This document shows positions 47,084 through 56,897 of a stretch of 64,000 nt of DNA, in pieces. This DNA is from an uncultured Gammaproteobacteria bacterium (lineage in GTDB: Bacteria; Patescibacteriota; Patescibacteriia; Magasanikbacterales; GWA2-37-8). Below the pieces are notes generated by a model, which saw only the letters and a program-made list of their open reading frames with translations, made no database searches and was not told the DNA's origin. Location of the stretch: assembly GCA_964496095.1 (NCBI GenBank), contig CAZBWU010000003.1:65901-129900 (forward strand). The letters run 5' to 3'. How positions within the stretch are numbered: the stretch's first letter is position 1; every line of letters begins with the position of its first letter. The position numbers and the translations under genes are program-made.

Positions 47084-47656
47084 TTATTGTTTTATTTTTC
47101 CTACTGTTATGCGTACCGTATTAGTTGGTAAGTTAACATCACTCATTATCGGATTTACTTGTACACCTTCACTAATTAAGGCATTATTTAAATCAATAAT
47201 AAATCCAGGAATTTTTGTACCATAATCCCCATATCCATAAATTTTAATACCGTTATATGCACCCACTAAATCTTCTCCTCCACTTAATTTCCATCTGGCT
47301 TCTTTAAATATTCTAGCTAATTTACCAGCAAATATAAAAATCTCCGGTGAATTTTCATGAATCATTTCAACATTAATATTTTCATATTTTGCTAACTTTT
47401 TTGAAATTTTTAAAATTTGCTCATTATTTAATTGCCAAACTTTGTTTTTATCCTCAATAATTGTTAGAGAGGCGTTCGGACTATTTTGAGCAATCAAGCT
47501 ATTGCTTATATTATTACTACTACCAATGGAAATTTTTGAGAAGTCAGAATTTTTTATAAATATAAGGCCATATATAGTAGCACCTAAACTAAAAATGATG
47601 ATGACAGGAGCGATAATTTTATGTTTTGTTAAATAATAAAGCAAGCTGTGTTTCAT
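47084..47656 (-). CDS. hypothetical membrane-anchored protein
   Basis: N-terminal TM. No motif recognised. Confidence 0.35.
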   Translation of the reverse strand: MKHSLLYYLTKHKIIAPVIIIFSLGATIYGLIFIKNSDFSKISIGSSNNISNSLIAQNSPNASLTIIEDKNKVWQLNNEQILKISKKLAKYENINVEMIHENSPEIFIFAGKLARIFKEARWKLSGGEDLVGAYNGIKIYGYGDYGTKIPGFIIDLNNALISEGVQVNPIMSDVNLPTNTVRITVGKIKQ

Positions 47657-47668
47657 AATAAAAAATCA

Positions 47669-50518
47669 TTAAGCCCCATGGCACTTCTTATACTTCTTTC
47701 CACTTCCACAAGGGCATAAATCATTTCTTCCAATTACTTTTCCATCTGCGTCTTTTTCTTTAGTCTTACTAACCACTTGTTCTTCAACTTCTGCGTCTGT
47801 AGTTTTACTTGCGCCCTTAAAACGCAAAGCATTGCTTCTATCCATTACCGATGGCGCCAACTGAATACCTAAGTTTACTTTATAGATGAGATAAACCACT
47901 TCTTTTTGAATCAAACTCAAAAGCTCATTAAACATTCTAAATGTTTCTTTCTTATACTCTACCAGTGGATCTTGTTGAGCATAACCGCGCAGGCCAATAC
48001 CAGTACGAAGATAATCAACTGCCACCAAGTGATCTACCCAAAGATTATCCATCGCACGAAGCAACACTTGTTTTTCAATTTCAAGTAGCATTTCCGGATT
48101 TGGAACAGCTTTAACCAAGAGAACTTCGTATTTTTCCTTTGCCAAACCAACCAAGTATTCAATAGTTTTGGTACGGATTTCCACATCATCCATTTTTTGC
48201 TCACGCTCCCCAGAAGCCAAGTCCGTAATAAATTTCTTTTCCTCATCTGACAAAGCAAAGATAGTAGAAACTGTTTCTAAGATTTCTTTAACATTCCATT
48301 CGCGACGACTTTCAGCATTGGTGTGAAAAGAAATAACTTGTTCGATCTCCTGCTCTACCATATCAAGAATCATTTGACGCAACGTCTTGGCGTCTGTCAT
48401 CTTGAGCGAAGATTTAGCTGAGTCGAGAGACGCCTTGTCCTCTGGTTTAAGGGATTCCTCCATTTCATCCGGAATGAGAAGTGAGTTATCCAGCGCTTTT
48501 TTTTCTCTATCAAACCCAAACAAAATTTCTCGACGCTTACCGTAAATAACTTCACGGTGACGATTAAGCACGTCATCATATTCCAACAAGTGTTTTCTTG
48601 AATCAAAATGCATGCCTTCTACTTTTTTCTGAGCAGACTCAATAATCCGGCTAATCATTTTTTGTTCGATTGGCATATCTTCCGGCACTTTGAGCGTCTC
48701 CATGACCGAGCGAATACGATCACCAGCAAAAATACGCATCAAATCATCTTGGGTAGAAAGATAAAATTGTGATTGACCAGGATCTCCCTGACGACCACTA
48801 CGACCACGAAGCTGGTTATCAATACGACGACTTTCGTGACGTTCAGTACCAATTACAAATAGACCTCCAGCATTGCGCACTTTTTCGGCCTCTTCTGGCA
48901 CAACCGGATTTCCTCCAAGCAAGATATCAACCCCGCGGCCAGCCATATTAGTAGCGAGCGTGACCGCACCGGCATGACCAGCCTGAGCGATAATCTCACC
49001 TTCTCGTTCGTGATTCTTGGCATTTAAAATTTCATGTTTTATTCCTTCTCTTTCCAAATACAAACTTAAGGCTTCGTTTTTATCTACGGCCACAGTACCG
49101 ATAAGCACTGGCTGGCCCTTGGTTTGCAATTCTTTAACAGTCTGGGCAATAGCTTTGTATTTTGCTTCTTCGGTCTTATAGATTCTGTCTGGATGATTGA
49201 TACGCTGATTGATTTTATTTGGTGGCACGACAACCACTTCTAATTTATAAATTTTGCCAAACTCTTCGGCTTCGGTCACCGCCGTTCCAGTCATACCGGA
49301 CAACTTTGGATATAATCTAAAATAATTCTGAAAAGTAACGGTGGCCATGGTCTGACTTTCTTGTTGGATATTTACGCCTTCTTGGGCTTCAATGGCTTGA
49401 TGCAAACCTTCACTATAACGTCGACCTGGCATCTTGCGACCAGTGAATTCATCAACGATTATTACCTCACCATTTTCAACTATATAATCCCGATCACGAG
49501 CAAATAACGCATGCGCGCGCAAAGCTTGCTCCACATGATGTACGGTTTTGATTCCACCTTCAGCATAAATATTATCTATACCCAACAATTTTTCCATTTT
49601 TGTAATGCCCGCTTCAGAAAGCGTGGCTGAACGCATTTTTTCATCAACATTATAATCTTCCTTTTCTACCAAAGTTCGCACCAAATCCGCAAACTTATAA
49701 TACATATCCGTTGCATCTTCAGCGGGAGCGGAAATAATCAGTGGGGTTCTCGCTTCATCAATCAGGATCGAATCTACTTCGTCAACAATCGCGTAGAAAA
49801 ATGGTCGTTGCGCCATCTCGGCGCTGTTTTGGACCATGTTATCGCGCAAATAATCAAAACCGAATTCATTGTTGGTACCATAGGTAATATCGCAAGCATA
49901 GGCATTTTTTCTAGAACATGATTCTAGATATTCTGTTTCAACTTTAAACATACCTTTAGCATCGCGCTCTTTGTCGGCCTCACTACCTTCGGATAAATTT
50001 TCACCTTGCAAAGTCTTTTGAGCATTATACTTAAAAGAAATTAATTGTTGCTGAATAATCCCCACAGTTAATCCCAAAGCGTCATAAATCTGACTCATCC
50101 AGACTGCATCACGTTTGGCCAAATAATCATTAACTGTCACCACATGCACGCCTTTACCCGCGAGTGCGTTGAGGTATGTTGGTAATGTTCCTACTAAAGT
50201 TTTCCCCTCACCAGTTCCCATTTCTACTATATTACCGCGATGAAGAGCAATACCACCAATAAGCTGAACATCAAAATGACGCATACCAGTGATGCGTTTT
50301 GAAGTTTCACGAATAACAGCATAGGCTTCAGGTAAAATATCGTCTAAAGTTTCGCCCTCGGTCAAACGTTTTTTGAATTCATCAGTTTTGGCACGCAAAT
50401 CTACCAAAGATAACTTTTGCATCTCTGATTCCAACGCATTTATTTCTTCTACAATCGGCTTGATACCTGCGACTACTTTGGCGTTTGGATCTCCAAAAAT
50501 TTTAGTGAGAAATGACAT
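47669..50518 (-). CDS. secA: preprotein translocase ATPase SecA
   Basis: MSFLTKIFGDPNAK... start, DEAD-like motor (...MGTGEGKTLV..., ...VDEVDSILIDEARTPLIIS...), C-terminal Zn finger CPCGSGKKYKKCHG. Carries a MITE in-frame at about 48395..48479. Confidence 0.9.
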   Translation of the reverse strand: MSFLTKIFGDPNAKVVAGIKPIVEEINALESEMQKLSLVDLRAKTDEFKKRLTEGETLDDILPEAYAVIRETSKRITGMRHFDVQLIGGIALHRGNIVEMGTGEGKTLVGTLPTYLNALAGKGVHVVTVNDYLAKRDAVWMSQIYDALGLTVGIIQQQLISFKYNAQKTLQGENLSEGSEADKERDAKGMFKVETEYLESCSRKNAYACDITYGTNNEFGFDYLRDNMVQNSAEMAQRPFFYAIVDEVDSILIDEARTPLIISAPAEDATDMYYKFADLVRTLVEKEDYNVDEKMRSATLSEAGITKMEKLLGIDNIYAEGGIKTVHHVEQALRAHALFARDRDYIVENGEVIIVDEFTGRKMPGRRYSEGLHQAIEAQEGVNIQQESQTMATVTFQNYFRLYPKLSGMTGTAVTEAEEFGKIYKLEVVVVPPNKINQRINHPDRIYKTEEAKYKAIAQTVKELQTKGQPVLIGTVAVDKNEALSLYLEREGIKHEILNAKNHEREGEIIAQAGHAGAVTLATNMAGRGVDILLGGNPVVPEEAEKVRNAGGLFVIGTERHESRRIDNQLRGRSGRQGDPGQSQFYLSTQDDLMRIFAGDRIRSVMETLKVPEDMPIEQKMISRIIESAQKKVEGMHFDSRKHLLEYDDVLNRHREVIYGKRREILFGFDREKKALDNSLLIPDEMEESLKPEDKASLDSAKSSLKMTDAKTLRQMILDMVEQEIEQVISFHTNAESRREWNVKEILETVSTIFALSDEEKKFITDLASGEREQKMDDVEIRTKTIEYLVGLAKEKYEVLLVKAVPNPEMLLEIEKQVLLRAMDNLWVDHLVAVDYLRTGIGLRGYAQQDPLVEYKKETFRMFNELLSLIQKEVVYLIYKVNLGIQLAPSVMDRSNALRFKGASKTTDAEVEEQVVSKTKEKDADGKVIGRNDLCPCGSGKKYKKCHGA
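48395..48479. repeat. MITE-like family A element inserted in-frame within secA
   Basis: Minus strand tctcattccggatgaaatggaggaatccctt...gtctctcgactcagctaaatcttcgctcaagatgaca. Encodes ...LLIPDEMEESLKPEDKASLDSAKSSLKMTD..., almost the same peptide as the dnaX insert. Confidence 0.6.
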
Positions 50519-50580
50519 AAATAATATTAAAAATAAGCCCTCTTTAGGCTTTTGCATTTTATCATAGATAATAGAGATAA

Positions 50581-50901
50581 TCAAGGATTTTGAGGAGTGT
50601 TCTGAGATAACAAAAGCGCACTTATTCTTTCCCCTTCTCGTTCCACCACTTCCCCATCATACTCACCTGAATGAGCCGTCACACCTTCATAAATTGGCCG
50701 TTTTTGATCCAAATGTAAATCAAAACTAACAAAGTCGCCTTCTTGTTTTATATAAACATGATACCTGGGATAAAAATCACGATGGATACGTTTGGCAAAA
50801 CTAGTTTTGCCCATGCGCCTGTCTATTATCTTGGCATAACCACAGCGCATGAGATTTTTTTCCGGATCACTAATTTGTTCTTTTTTGAATTTGATTATCA
50901 T
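50581..50901 (-). CDS. conserved hypothetical protein
   Basis: Start at MIIKFKKEQ.... Contains ...FYPRYHVYIKQEGDFVSFDLHLDQKRPIYEGVTAHSGEYDGEVVEREGER. No family assigned. Confidence 0.35.
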   Translation of the reverse strand: MIIKFKKEQISDPEKNLMRCGYAKIIDRRMGKTSFAKRIHRDFYPRYHVYIKQEGDFVSFDLHLDQKRPIYEGVTAHSGEYDGEVVEREGERISALLLSQNTPQNP

Positions 50902-50908
50902 AATTTGA

Positions 50909-51460
50909 TTAATTTTTAGCAACCACAAAACAGTGACGACAAACAGGTTGATAAGTAAAAGTACCATCATCAGGAATAACTGAAGGCATACCAGACACTA
51001 CTGGTTCACCTTTGCTAAATACTTGGGTATAAACCGCTTCAGGTAAACGACAAATTTCACAAGCGGCTCTTCGATATCGTACTTCCTTTGGCCCAAGCTC
51101 AAGTAAGCCTTTGACTATGTCAAAAATCTTACCCTTATAATCCATATCTAGTCCGGCAGCCACGACCTTAACTCCGTTTTTTAATAACTGCGACACCACG
51201 GCCACGTCGGCTGGATCAAACATATGCACTTCATCTATACCAATCACAGAATAATTTTTTTCAAGGGCTTCTTGCAAACTAATAATTTTTTTAGCTTCTA
51301 TACCCACGCCATTGCGAGAAGAAATTTTTTCATCGCGAACATTACGATTTGACTGATAAAGGACATGAGAAATATCTGTATATTGTAATGGCGCAAAATG
51401 ACTTATCAAATCAAACGACTTTCCGCTTTTCATTGGTCCAAGTATCAATGTGAGATCCAT
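50909..51460 (-). CDS. tdk: thymidine kinase
   Basis: MDLTLILGPMKSGKSF (P-loop), ...IGIDEVHMF..., C-terminal Zn ribbon ...CEICRLPEAVYTQ...CRHCF. Confidence 0.85.
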   Translation of the reverse strand: MDLTLILGPMKSGKSFDLISHFAPLQYTDISHVLYQSNRNVRDEKISSRNGVGIEAKKIISLQEALEKNYSVIGIDEVHMFDPADVAVVSQLLKNGVKVVAAGLDMDYKGKIFDIVKGLLELGPKEVRYRRAACEICRLPEAVYTQVFSKGEPVVSGMPSVIPDDGTFTYQPVCRHCFVVAKN

Positions 51461-51485
51461 AGGATAATAATAAACAGTAAAAAAA

Positions 51486-52112
51486 TTATCTTAATAAGAT
51501 TGCCCGCACCGGCGATCCGTCTACATCCTGTAAAGCCAAGGGCACAGCCATCAAAAAATATTCCCCTTCTTCAACGTTTGCCAAATTTATACTTTCCAAG
51601 ATCGGAATATTTTTTTCTAAGAAAGCAGTGTGAGGCGTATTATCCACAGAACCTTTTTGTTTTACAGACAGATAATCTACACCAATCAATTTTATATTTT
51701 TATCTGCCAAATACTTGGCTGCGTCGCTAGCGAGATAAACATAATCATTATAAAATTCATCATACCCACGGTCTGAATTTTTTGTTTTCAACAAAATTCT
51801 TTCATCACTAGCAATATTAAATTTTTCCAAAACTTCTTTTGTGACAGCTTCCTGGCATTCTCGCACATCCAAAACTCTACAAGATCCTACAAAATTTTCC
51901 AAAGGCATTTCATTTATATTTTTTCCAAAATCAAAGACATGGCTAGGCGCGTCTACATGCGAACCAAAATGTGTACCCAAGCTAAGTTTGGTCAATTGAG
52001 AACCGCTCGGTTTTTTTATTTTTTCCATACTCAAAGACGGATCACCCGGGTAGACAATTGTTTTTTCATTCAAAGGTAGAGATATGTCGATAATTTTTTT
52101 ATACTCAAACAT
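51486..52112 (-). CDS. cyclase family protein (kynurenine/aryl formamidase-like)
   Basis: ...LSLGTHFGSHVDAPSHV... His-x-Gly-Thr-His-x-Asp motif, about 208 aa. Confidence 0.65.
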   Translation of the reverse strand: MFEYKKIIDISLPLNEKTIVYPGDPSLSMEKIKKPSGSQLTKLSLGTHFGSHVDAPSHVFDFGKNINEMPLENFVGSCRVLDVRECQEAVTKEVLEKFNIASDERILLKTKNSDRGYDEFYNDYVYLASDAAKYLADKNIKLIGVDYLSVKQKGSVDNTPHTAFLEKNIPILESINLANVEEGEYFLMAVPLALQDVDGSPVRAILLR

Positions 52113-52123
52113 AATATGGTAAC

Positions 52124-52198
52124 TGTCATTCCCAACTTAATTGGGAATCCAGTGTCGAATTAAATTGTCTGGATTCCCGCTTTTGGCGGGAATGACAA
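52124..52198. repeat. MITE-like palindromic element, family B
   Basis: tgtcattcccaacttaattgggaatccagtgtcgaattaaattgtctggattcccgcttttggcgggaatgacaa. Confidence 0.7.
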
Positions 52199-52208
52199 TT
52201 GAATAAAT

Positions 52209-54710
52209 TTATTTTTTAATATTAATCTTTTTAGTAACACTGTGTCCACCAAACTGATTACGCAAAGCCGAGACTACCTTGCCGGTATAACTTGGATTTT
52301 TGGCAGAATGATAACGGAATAATAATGAATCAGCAATCACTTTTGCCGCCACCTTAAACTCTTTAGCAGTTTTGACAGTCCAAGCCCCTTCTCCCAAATG
52401 AGAAACCGTGCTAGAAATATCTTTCAAATCTTTCCCGTATTCTTCTAGCCCTTTTTTGAGCCAACCGATAAGACGGGACTCAACCACACTACCGTGATTA
52501 TAGATACTAGCAATTTTTATTAGATCAAGCTTAAACGGCGCTTTTTTCATAATTGCAAAACCTTCACCAATTGCTTGCATCATACCATACTCAATGCCAT
52601 TGTGGATCATTTTTACAAAATGCCCGGCTCCCAAACCATCAAAATGTTCGGTACCGCCAGCGGTTGCCCCATCGACAAACAATGGTAATAGTTCATTGTA
52701 TAATTTTCTATCCCCACCAACCATAAAACAAGCGCCATTGCGCGCCCCGCCCGGACCGCCCGAGAAGCCCACATCAGCAAACCTGATCCCCAATTTTGCC
52801 AATTTTTTTCCACGACGAATTGTATCTTTATAATATGAATTTCCTGCATCAAGAATAATATCGCCCTTCTGCAAAAAATCTACCAATCCGCCTTTATCAA
52901 AAATACTACGGTATTTTCTAGGCACGCTCGGAGATGAAAATAATTTTTCATCTCTCTCACTTTGCCCGAAAATTGTTTGATCAATCACTTCTCCGGACGG
53001 CAACATCAGCCAAACAATTTTTGGCTTACTTGATAGTTGAGAACAAAATTCCGGTAAAGAAAAGGATCCTACCATGCCGTGTTTAATCATCTCCTGAGTT
53101 TTTTCCGGAGACCTGTTATAACCAACCACTCGCCAACCTTTTTCGATAAGTTGCCAAGCAAAATTGTTTCCCATTTTTCCTAATCCAATAATGCCAATTT
53201 CTTTATTTAAAGGTTTTAAATTATCTACTGGCAAAACAAAATCGTTTTTAGCGCCTATCTTGTAAGTCAATAATTCTGTTTTATTTTTTTGCCAAGCTTG
53301 CATAATCGCTTCCACGAACCGCCACTCGGCGGTAATTTCTGCGGTGGAAATAAACAGGGTCTGATCACCTTTTACAATATCTAAAATCAACTGTTCATAG
53401 TCTGGAATAAAATCCTTCTTATCAATGTCGTTATAATTAAAATTAAAATCTACTTGGCTCAGCGTATGATTATGCCCTGGTTTTTTAGCCAAAAAACCTA
53501 CCTTAATATTTTCATCAGGCTTGATATTGTAGCGCAAAGTATTTTGATAGTGCCCGCCAGCAGGACAGAGCAAACACGGCGTCGGATGTTTAAATGTTAA
53601 TTTAATCTCACCACGACTCTCAGCCAGACCCTTACCGCCTTCTATATAGAGAGGCACGCCCGCAAAAGGTCCTGAATGCATTGTGGCCTTAACTTTAAAA
53701 TATGTCTCTGTATTTGAGTTTGGGTGTATCTTGTTCTGTGTGCGATAACCCTCGTACTGAGCGCGGAGAGTATTACTTTTTACTCCGTCAATGTCTAGCA
53801 CTTCCAAACGAGCCAAGCTCTCGGCGCGCTTTTTACGAATTTCGTCAGCCGTAAAACTATCGGGGTTGTCCATCGTAAACAAAGCTATAAGTTGTAATAA
53901 ATGATTCTGACCAACATCACGCAAAGCGCCTACCTTATCATAAAAATCCCCTCTTTCTTCTATATCTTCTGCTTCATTTAAAATAAACTCTATTTTTTCT
54001 ACATATTTATTATTCCAAGCCGGCGTCAAAAATAAATTACTAAAACGAAAAGCGATAATGTTTCGGACTGTTTCTTTTCCTAAATAATGATCTATGCGAT
54101 AAATCTGGTCTTCTCTAAATAGTTTACCCAATAACATATCCAGCTCTTGAGCGGATTTGAGATCAGAACCAAAAGGTTTTTCAATCACAATTCTATTCAC
54201 ACCATCTTTAGGATCACAAGGTTCGGCCAACCCTGAATTTTTCAATCCTAACAAAATAGTTTTGTAATTATTCGGAGGCACAGCCAAATAGAAAATTTTA
54301 TCTGAACAAAAACTCCAACCAGTATTAGTTTTTCCCAAAGCGTTGGCTAATTTTTTATAAGCGTTTTTATCTTCAAAATTTCCACTGATATAAAAAAAAC
54401 AATTTAGAAAATTTTCCAACTCTACTTCGCGAGTACCACGAGAAGCCCCGCTCTCAACCAAAATATTACGAATATAATCTCTTAAAGACTGATCAGTCAA
54501 ATCTCGTCTAGAAAAACCATAGATCTGCAATTTTTCCGGCAATAACTTTTTGGTATATAGGCTAAAAAATGATGGTAAAATCTTGGTCCTTACCAAATCG
54601 CCAGTAACACCAAATAGTACAAAAACACTAGGCACGGCAAAACGGGGTATATGATTAGACATAAAATAATTTAAGCTTTTATGAATTAAAACCTTAATTT
54701 TAAAAGCCAA
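52209..54710 (-). CDS. apparent fusion: glucose-6-phosphate 1-dehydrogenase (N) plus decarboxylating 6-phosphogluconate dehydrogenase (C)
   Basis: N-terminal ...FVLFGVTGDLVRTKILPSFF... (NADP-binding G-x-x-G-D-L-A), ...RIDHYLGKE.... C-terminal third ...IGIIGLGKMGNNFAWQL...DAGNS...GAGHFVKMIHNGIEYGMMQ... is the 6PGD fold. One uninterrupted frame. The start may be 54662 (MSNHIPRF). Confidence 0.7.
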   Translation of the reverse strand: MAFKIKVLIHKSLNYFMSNHIPRFAVPSVFVLFGVTGDLVRTKILPSFFSLYTKKLLPEKLQIYGFSRRDLTDQSLRDYIRNILVESGASRGTREVELENFLNCFFYISGNFEDKNAYKKLANALGKTNTGWSFCSDKIFYLAVPPNNYKTILLGLKNSGLAEPCDPKDGVNRIVIEKPFGSDLKSAQELDMLLGKLFREDQIYRIDHYLGKETVRNIIAFRFSNLFLTPAWNNKYVEKIEFILNEAEDIEERGDFYDKVGALRDVGQNHLLQLIALFTMDNPDSFTADEIRKKRAESLARLEVLDIDGVKSNTLRAQYEGYRTQNKIHPNSNTETYFKVKATMHSGPFAGVPLYIEGGKGLAESRGEIKLTFKHPTPCLLCPAGGHYQNTLRYNIKPDENIKVGFLAKKPGHNHTLSQVDFNFNYNDIDKKDFIPDYEQLILDIVKGDQTLFISTAEITAEWRFVEAIMQAWQKNKTELLTYKIGAKNDFVLPVDNLKPLNKEIGIIGLGKMGNNFAWQLIEKGWRVVGYNRSPEKTQEMIKHGMVGSFSLPEFCSQLSSKPKIVWLMLPSGEVIDQTIFGQSERDEKLFSSPSVPRKYRSIFDKGGLVDFLQKGDIILDAGNSYYKDTIRRGKKLAKLGIRFADVGFSGGPGGARNGACFMVGGDRKLYNELLPLFVDGATAGGTEHFDGLGAGHFVKMIHNGIEYGMMQAIGEGFAIMKKAPFKLDLIKIASIYNHGSVVESRLIGWLKKGLEEYGKDLKDISSTVSHLGEGAWTVKTAKEFKVAAKVIADSLLFRYHSAKNPSYTGKVVSALRNQFGGHSVTKKINIKK

Positions 54711-54794
54711 TATATTTTACTACACTTGTCAACAAGTGGCAATTTAAACAACAAAAAACCCGCTCTTCTTGACGGGCGGGTTTTTCTAATTTGA

Positions 54795-56063
54795 TTAATA
54801 TCGTCTGCGGAAATTTCTATTACCGCTTCCGGCACTACTACCACCAAACGGACGTCTTGGCGGAAAACTACTGCGACGTTGGTTGTTTTCTTCTTTGAAG
54901 AAACTTGGCGCAGAGTTGGCTCGGCGTGGAGGCAATACTGGCAAGGACAAAACCGGAATTGTTTTTTTGATTAATCTTTCAATTTGCTTGATATCTCCGC
55001 GTTCGTCGGGAGTAGCAAAAGAAATCGCTTTACCAAAACTTTCGGCGCGACCAGTACGACCGATGCGGTGCACATAATCTTCCGAGTTGTCAGGCAAATC
55101 ATAATTGATAACCAAGGAGATACCAGTGACGTCGATACCACGAGAAGCAATGTCAGTAGCCACAAGCACTCTATACTTGCCACGCTTAAAGCCTTCTAAG
55201 GCGTCTTTGCGTTGAGCAAGCGAACGGTTGGAGTGAATTTCAGCTGCGGTATGACCCATGCCACGAACATTGATGGTAATTCTTTTAGCGCCATGTTTGG
55301 TGCGAGAAAAAATCAAAACCGAACCTTTGTTATCATCTAGAATCTTATCAAGCAATTGAGTCTTACCATCTTTATTGATAATAAATAATTCTTGTTCAAC
55401 ATTCTTAGATGAAGTTCCAGCTGGAGCCACCTCAATACGCAAAGGGATTTTCATGTAGCGACTAGCAATCTCGGCAATGGCGCGAGGCATAGTAGCAGAA
55501 AACATAAGAGTCTGGCGATCAGTTGGCACCAAAGACAAGATCTGTTTGATCTGTGGCATAAAACCAATATCAAACATGCGATCAGCTTCATCAAGCACCA
55601 CAATCTTCATTCTATTTAAATTCAAATTTCTTTGTTCAAGATGATCCATCAATCTACCAGGAGTAGAAACGATAATATGTGGACCACGAGCCAGCATTTG
55701 TCTTTGTTGATAAGCAGAGGCGCCACCAATAAGCACAGCTGTACGAAGACCAAGAGGTCTGCCGATTTTTTGCAACACTTCATCTACCTGCAAAGCGAGT
55801 TCACGAGTAGGAAGCAAAATAAGGCCTTGAGCTGGACTAGTGATTTGGGACAAAATCTGAATCATTGGAATACCAAAAGCCATGGTTTTACCAGTTCCAG
55901 TCTGAGCAATACCAACAATATCTTTGCCTTGCAAAGCTTGAGGAATACACTGGTGCTGAATAGGCGTAGGTACCAAAAATTTCAATCGCTCGAGGTTATC
56001 AAGCAATTTTGGGGCGATCCCAAGGTCGCTAAAACGAGCCTGGGCTGGTGTGTTCTGTGTCAT
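54795..56063 (-). CDS. DEAD-box ATP-dependent RNA helicase
   Basis: Q-motif ...FSDLGIAPKLLD...PTPIQ, ...AQTGTGKT..., ...VLDEADRMFD..., SAT, ...HRIGRTGRA.... Arg/Ser/Gly-rich C-tail. Confidence 0.85.
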   Translation of the reverse strand: MTQNTPAQARFSDLGIAPKLLDNLERLKFLVPTPIQHQCIPQALQGKDIVGIAQTGTGKTMAFGIPMIQILSQITSPAQGLILLPTRELALQVDEVLQKIGRPLGLRTAVLIGGASAYQQRQMLARGPHIIVSTPGRLMDHLEQRNLNLNRMKIVVLDEADRMFDIGFMPQIKQILSLVPTDRQTLMFSATMPRAIAEIASRYMKIPLRIEVAPAGTSSKNVEQELFIINKDGKTQLLDKILDDNKGSVLIFSRTKHGAKRITINVRGMGHTAAEIHSNRSLAQRKDALEGFKRGKYRVLVATDIASRGIDVTGISLVINYDLPDNSEDYVHRIGRTGRAESFGKAISFATPDERGDIKQIERLIKKTIPVLSLPVLPPRRANSAPSFFKEENNQRRSSFPPRRPFGGSSAGSGNRNFRRRY

Positions 56064-56208
56064 ATTGTATTGTTTAGTGACCCAAGATACTGAGAAGGTC
56101 ACATAAATGACACAAAATAGATCTGAGTCCTTGGCTAACCAATAGCGGTAGCCATTATTAAGAAGTCGCTAGTATAGCAGAAAAACCTGGGTTTGTCAAG
56201 GGTAAAGC

Positions 56209-56811
56209 TTAAGCCGAAACTTTTTTATAAGCCTCGCGCTCACTCAACCTAGCCATCCAAGCCGTAATATTTGGGTAAGATGACAAATCAAAATTAACAA
56301 AGCTGGTCAAGCGTGCCACAGACATTGCGGCAATATCAGCCAAAGTAAACTTATCCATAACCATATATTCTTTGCCAGCCAAATGGCCTTCCAAAACGCC
56401 TAAGTAGCGAGGAAGTTCTTGTTCACGAGCCAACTTAGTTGCTTCTGAATCTGGAGTTTTGCGATAAGTCTGTAAAACTAATGGTTCAAAAGCATTAGCA
56501 AGATGAATAACTGACCAGAAATTCCATTGGTTAACTTCAGCATGTTCTTTGGCAGTGGTACCCACAAATTGCATGGCTTGGTATTTTTCCATTAGATAAT
56601 AACAAATAGCCATTGATTCCCACACGACTACATCACCATCTACCATAGTTGGCACTTTGCCGTTTGGATTGAGCTTGAGATACTCGGCTGATTTGTTTTC
56701 TCCCTTAGCAAAGTCTACTGATTGGGTTTCATATTCAATACCTCCAATTTCTTCCATCAACCAATAACAACGAAAAGCGGTCGAACGCGGTGTGCCGTAA
56801 ATTTTGATCAT
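56209..56811 (-). CDS. glutathione S-transferase family protein
   Basis: Thioredoxin-like N-domain ...KIYGTPRSTAFRCYWLMEEIG...KLNPNGKVPTMVDGDVVVWES.AI. and helical C-domain. Confidence 0.7.
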   Translation of the reverse strand: MIKIYGTPRSTAFRCYWLMEEIGGIEYETQSVDFAKGENKSAEYLKLNPNGKVPTMVDGDVVVWESMAICYYLMEKYQAMQFVGTTAKEHAEVNQWNFWSVIHLANAFEPLVLQTYRKTPDSEATKLAREQELPRYLGVLEGHLAGKEYMVMDKFTLADIAAMSVARLTSFVNFDLSSYPNITAWMARLSEREAYKKVSA

Positions 56812-56827
56812 ACAAAATATGGGTTAA

Positions 56828-56890
56828 TCCCGATTTTTCTGTGGCGAAAAATCGAGGATCCTCGATTCTGCCACGAAGCAGAATCGGGAT
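56828..56890. repeat. complex palindromic repeat (ggatcc-centred)
   Basis: cccgatttttctgtggcgaaaaatcgaggatcctcgattctgccacgaagcagaatcggg, nested inverted repeats. Confidence 0.5.
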
Positions 56891-56897
56891 AATTTAA

